Of a DNA stretch of 64,000 nucleotides, positions 60,249 to 64,000 are shown piece after piece. A program made the translations under genes and the position numbers. The DNA lies in assembly GCA_965237905.1 (NCBI GenBank), contig OZ250172.1:96001-160000 (forward strand), given 5' to 3'. The stretch's first letter is position 1, and each line of letters begins with the position of its first letter. The notes beneath the pieces are model-generated. The model was given only the letters and a program-made list of their open reading frames with translations, was not told where the DNA came from and made no database searches. This DNA is from Nitrospinaceae bacterium. GTDB lineage: Bacteria; Nitrospinota; Nitrospinia; Nitrospinales; Nitrospinaceae.

Positions 60249-61013
60249 ATGAGACAATCGCCTATTAGACATTTCGATGATATCGTTGCCCGTCTCAAAG
60301 CCTCTCTGAATCCAGTGGGCGAGTTGACTGAAGTGGATACTCTCCCGGCTGGAAACCGCGATTATCCTTTGATCAAAATCGTTTTGGGGAAGAGGAACCC
60401 CCGACGCGTCCTGATTTCGGGTGGTATCCATGGCGACGAGCCGGCGGGAGTGGAAACCGTTTGCGCTTTTCTGGAAAATAAACTTTACCAAAATTTTTTG
60501 GAGAATTGGGAGTTTACCCTGCTCCCTTGCATCAACCCTTCAGGGTTTGAAGCGGGAACCCGCAATAATCAGGACGACATCGACCTCAATCGAAAGTTCA
60601 AGGAAGACCAAGTACCCCGTGAAGTCGCTTTCGTTAAAAATATTCTGGAACACCCCTATGACCTGGACCTGGAGCTTCACGAAGATGTAGACAGTCCCGG
60701 ATATTATCTTTACCAGAAAGATCAAACGAGCGATCTGTCTTCTCTGGGACGGACTATTCTGGACCGGGTGGAATCGATTCACCCCTTGAACCTGGCAGAG
60801 GAAATTGAGGAGATGCCGGCGGAGCGGGGATTGTTAAGCCGTCTATCCGAACCTGATGAGATGGAGTGGTGGCCGATGGCCCTGTATGCCTACGCACGTG
60901 GTTGTAGGCATGTATTTACGCTGGAAACTTCGCCTGCCTTGCCGATGGATGTTCGTACTAAAGCTCACCTGCAGGCTATTCAGACCGCTTTGGAATACAT
61001 GGAAGGAAAATAG
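60249..61013 (+). CDS. M14-family metallocarboxypeptidase / succinylglutamate desuccinylase-like
   Basis: GIHGDE, NPSG, DLNR, LHED, TLET. Confidence 0.85.
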   Translation: MRQSPIRHFDDIVARLKASLNPVGELTEVDTLPAGNRDYPLIKIVLGKRNPRRVLISGGIHGDEPAGVETVCAFLENKLYQNFLENWEFTLLPCINPSGFEAGTRNNQDDIDLNRKFKEDQVPREVAFVKNILEHPYDLDLELHEDVDSPGYYLYQKDQTSDLSSLGRTILDRVESIHPLNLAEEIEEMPAERGLLSRLSEPDEMEWWPMALYAYARGCRHVFTLETSPALPMDVRTKAHLQAIQTALEYMEGK

Positions 61014-61023
61014 AGCTTAGAAA

Positions 61024-63384
61024 TCAGGAAGCATTATCGGTGAGAATGGGGATGCTAATCGATTCACCGACCAAAATCTTATTGATATCTTTATCCGGGT
61101 TGTAGTTGCTGAGCAGCCAGAACGGAATGGAATAGACGTCATTGCATATTTCCCACAAGGTCTCACCCTTTTTGAGCTTTCGAGTCACCACTTTCTCCAC
61201 CTGGTAATTCCCAAAAAAATCTTCCTGGATGGCTTTGTGATATTCCTGCCGCTTACGCTCGAATTCTTCGGGAGTGGTCCTTCGGAAAGGAACCTTGATG
61301 GATTGATTGACACGAATTCGGCTGCCTCTTCTTCTCAGATTATTGAGCTGTCGTAATTCTCTTACCGAAAGCCGGGCCCAATCGGCAATATGGCTCAAAG
61401 TCTCGTCGAAATCAATCTTGATCAAGCCCATGCGATAATCTTCCTCGTTATCGGCAATAAATTTTACAGGGCGAAACGCATGACGGTTTTTATTAAGTTG
61501 GAACGCACTGACAATATTCGATAAAGCCTTTCCCACCTCAGAGCTTTTTTCCAAAGGCTCTGTGGTACTGGCCACGATGGTGGCTTCATCCGACTGAACC
61601 CCAGCCATTTGAACTTCCATTTTCGCAGTTTCAGTTTGAACTTCCATTTCTGCAGGTTCAGCTTGAACTTCCACTTCTGCAGTTTCAGTTTGGACTTCCA
61701 CGTCAGCAGTTGCCGCTTGAGCTTCCACTTTCGCAGTTTCAGTTTGGATTTCTACTTTCGTGGTTTCAGCTTGGGATTTCTCCGCCGATGCGGCAGAAGC
61801 CAGTTGCGTTTTAAAATCGGTTCCTGGCTTTGGGACTTTGATGCGTTGGCCAGGCCGGAGGGCATGGGGATTAACCATCTCATTCAGTTTAGCGAGAACG
61901 CTGACATGAACGCCGTGATTCCGTGCTATCCGGGTCAGGGTGTCTCTTCGTCGAACACGGTATTTGACGGTTTCCAAATCGGCTGGAATCACCACCTTCC
62001 CCCAATCCGGCTTGGGATGTTCCACACTGACGACTCGGACCTTTGCACTTTTGTAGGCTTTACCCGGGATCTCCAAAACCTGCCCCTTATAGATCCGGTG
62101 CCCCCTGAGCATATTCATTTCTTTCAATTTCCAGACAGAAGTCCGGTGGCGACGGGCGATGGTGCTTAAGGCATCTCCTCTTCGGACGGTATACCAGCGA
62201 ACACGAACCTGTTTGTTCAATTTTAAATCTTCAGGGATCGAGGCGTATTGCACATTAAGATCCAAATTTCGGTCGGGAGGCGCCTTGAATAAGTAATCTT
62301 TAGGAATTCTTTTTTTGCCGGAAATAACGGGCCGCCGCAAGGAAGGATTGTATTCGGCGATTTCTTTCCGGCTCATCTCAAAATGTTTCACCAACGTAGA
62401 GATATGAACATAATCCTCGATGGGTATCTCAACAAATGTAAAAGGTTCATTCATGACAATCCCCGGAAAATACTGACGGGGATACTTGCTCACTTCAAGA
62501 GCGGCCATGAATTCCGAAAAAAAGTTTTTGGAGGCAAAACCAAACCTTCGACTTCGGTAGTTATCAATAATTTTAACGATGTCATCTCCGTGCCTTCTTT
62601 TGGCCCGTTTCATTCCATTCAGCCCATGATTGTAGGCGGTGATGGCGAGAGGCCAACTCTGCAATTTCTTGTAATTATGTTTCAGAAGTTTAGCGGCGGC
62701 ATAGGCGGCGATAATAGGATCTCTACGTTCGTCCACTTCATAGCCCACCTTCATATAAAGACGACCGGTACTGCGGGTGAATTGCCAGATTCCTGCGGCC
62801 CCTGCGCTAGAATAGGCATGCATTTGGAAAGACGATTCCACATGAGGTAAAACGGCCAATTCTTCCGGCACTCCGACTTCCTTGAAAACCCTTTTGATTT
62901 CTTTCATGAAGAGGCCGGACTTCCTCAAACCCTCTTCAAAGCGATCTCTTTGCCCCAACTGGCTCCGAATATTCCGTGAAGCTTTGATGAAATTCTTTCC
63001 GACCAAATTCAAGATGCGTTCTTCTTCCGGGGTCAGATTGACTCTATTTTTGACTCGAGCGAGCTTGCGTAGAATTTTCTGGAATTTTCTGACGTGGGGC
63101 TTTAATTTGCGGTGACGGGCTCTGGAAGACAGATTCCTGTCGCCCAGGTAAACCACATCGTAAATAATATCGAGATTATCCTCGTCGTGGATGATGGCGT
63201 GCTGGGTCGAATACTGCGTGTAAACTTTTTTCCAAAAATTGACCCGGCTTTCGAGAGCCGTTGGAACAGTAAAATCGAATTCTTCTGTTTCGAATTCACC
63301 GGGAAAGGTAGCGAAGGCGGGAGAAGCACCTACCCAAAATAGCAAAAGAATAGCAACAAGTCTAAGTGAGATAGTTTTAATCAA
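61024..63384 (-). CDS. LysM-containing lytic transglycosylase (MltD-like)
   Basis: VES, GAAGIWQF, AYN SLT motifs; multiple LysM; start uncertain (TTG 63384 gives a signal peptide ending AFA). Confidence 0.9.
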   Translation of the reverse strand: MIKTISLRLVAILLLFWVGASPAFATFPGEFETEEFDFTVPTALESRVNFWKKVYTQYSTQHAIIHDEDNLDIIYDVVYLGDRNLSSRARHRKLKPHVRKFQKILRKLARVKNRVNLTPEEERILNLVGKNFIKASRNIRSQLGQRDRFEEGLRKSGLFMKEIKRVFKEVGVPEELAVLPHVESSFQMHAYSSAGAAGIWQFTRSTGRLYMKVGYEVDERRDPIIAAYAAAKLLKHNYKKLQSWPLAITAYNHGLNGMKRAKRRHGDDIVKIIDNYRSRRFGFASKNFFSEFMAALEVSKYPRQYFPGIVMNEPFTFVEIPIEDYVHISTLVKHFEMSRKEIAEYNPSLRRPVISGKKRIPKDYLFKAPPDRNLDLNVQYASIPEDLKLNKQVRVRWYTVRRGDALSTIARRHRTSVWKLKEMNMLRGHRIYKGQVLEIPGKAYKSAKVRVVSVEHPKPDWGKVVIPADLETVKYRVRRRDTLTRIARNHGVHVSVLAKLNEMVNPHALRPGQRIKVPKPGTDFKTQLASAASAEKSQAETTKVEIQTETAKVEAQAATADVEVQTETAEVEVQAEPAEMEVQTETAKMEVQMAGVQSDEATIVASTTEPLEKSSEVGKALSNIVSAFQLNKNRHAFRPVKFIADNEEDYRMGLIKIDFDETLSHIADWARLSVRELRQLNNLRRRGSRIRVNQSIKVPFRRTTPEEFERKRQEYHKAIQEDFFGNYQVEKVVTRKLKKGETLWEICNDVYSIPFWLLSNYNPDKDINKILVGESISIPILTDNAS
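61609..61773. repeat. 27-bp coding tandem repeat, six copies
   Basis: Unit approximately TTGAACTTCCACTTTCGCAGTTTCAGT; encodes Q(T/A)ETA(K/E)(V/M)EV. Confidence 0.9.
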
Positions 63385-63651
63385 AACAGAATGCCTTTCA
63401 AAAAATATCGTTTTCCTCGGCCGAAATCTTCGACAGGAAAAACACAATTTCAGCAGGATAGCCCAATAATTTTTAAAAGGTTTGTCTCACTGTGAACAAA
63501 ACCCTTCAAATTCCAAAAATCGCGAGAAATACTCACAAATCCTTGTTTTTTAAGAATAACAAACGCCTCAGAGGGAGTCAACCGCTTTAATATTCAACAA
63601 AAAACAGGATAAGAAATGGCAGAAAAAGGACTGAAAAACATTGAAAAATGG

Positions 63652-63951
63652 TTAGGTAGATTTACCGGGGAAACTCTGATATTTGGTATTCAATTTATAG
63701 ACAAACGCCAGAAGTTCGGCCACTACTTTATAAACCGATGGAGGAATTTCCTTGTTGATATCCACCTGGGAAAGAATTTGAACCAGATCCGGGTCCTCTT
63801 TGATGGGTACCTGGTTTTCTTTGGCCAATTCGATGATGCGCTCGGCGACTAACCCCTCACCTTTGGCCGTCACTCTGGGAGCAACGTCTGTCTCCGTATG
63901 ATATTTCAAAGCCACAGCGGATTTCAGTTTTTTGTTTTTTCGCCTGCTCAT
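63652..63951 (-). CDS. FlhB C-terminal-like (EscU/YscU family) small protein
   Basis: AVALKY...APRVTAKG.G..A..I...A...VP, EIPP..Y..VAELLA. Confidence 0.88.
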   Translation of the reverse strand: MSRRKNKKLKSAVALKYHTETDVAPRVTAKGEGLVAERIIELAKENQVPIKEDPDLVQILSQVDINKEIPPSVYKVVAELLAFVYKLNTKYQSFPGKST

Positions 63952-64000
63952 GTTTTAAGGTCCACCATTTGCAGAGGAGTATCGATCAGCAATTGACCCA
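63948..64000 (-). CDS. 3' end of upstream gene (possibly FliK-like), truncated by the window
   Basis: ...GQLLIDTPLQMVDLKT* with ATGA overlap to the FlhB-like gene; VDLK ending and context are suggestive only. Confidence 0.45.
   Translation of the reverse strand, partial: GQLLIDTPLQMVDLKT

Noticed and set aside
61609..61773. Regularly spaced repeats as a CRISPR array
   Set aside because: Contiguous in-frame coding repeats with no spacers and no cas genes.

Overview
Mostly core chromosome of a bacterium. The mix of genes and their order suggest Nitrospinota (Nitrospina-like), but this is inference from gene content only. Housekeeping blocks: rpiB-glyA-nrdR, ccsA-like-hemA-hemC, nadC, tatC and tatA, split transketolase, TolC/MacAB-type exporter, pabB-pabC, bioF-bioH-like-bioC, a PyrR-attenuated pyrR-pyrB-pyrC-carA-(orf)-carB operon, nth and mltD. 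There are two tRNAs (Met-CAT, Gly-CCC). The most unusual locus is 46.4-49.4 kb. Between a convergent ferredoxin gene and a PduO-type cobalamin adenosyltransferase gene lie two different exported repeat-protein genes. They are separated by back-to-back, diverged, in-frame copies of the 3' ends of both flanking genes, fused at a 10-bp microhomology. One cargo gene is itself bounded by 33-bp hairpin-containing inverted repeats and a 5-bp direct repeat. Other leads: an unannotated sRNA candidate with promoter and terminator, three other structured non-coding segments, a perfect Fur-like palindrome at bfd-larC, a DUF1538x2-PII-CBS transporter module, a doubly frameshifted PhzF-family pseudogene and a 59-aa ORF missing from the ORF track. 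No CRISPR array, integrase, transposase or reverse transcriptase was seen. All family names come from motif recognition, not database searches.
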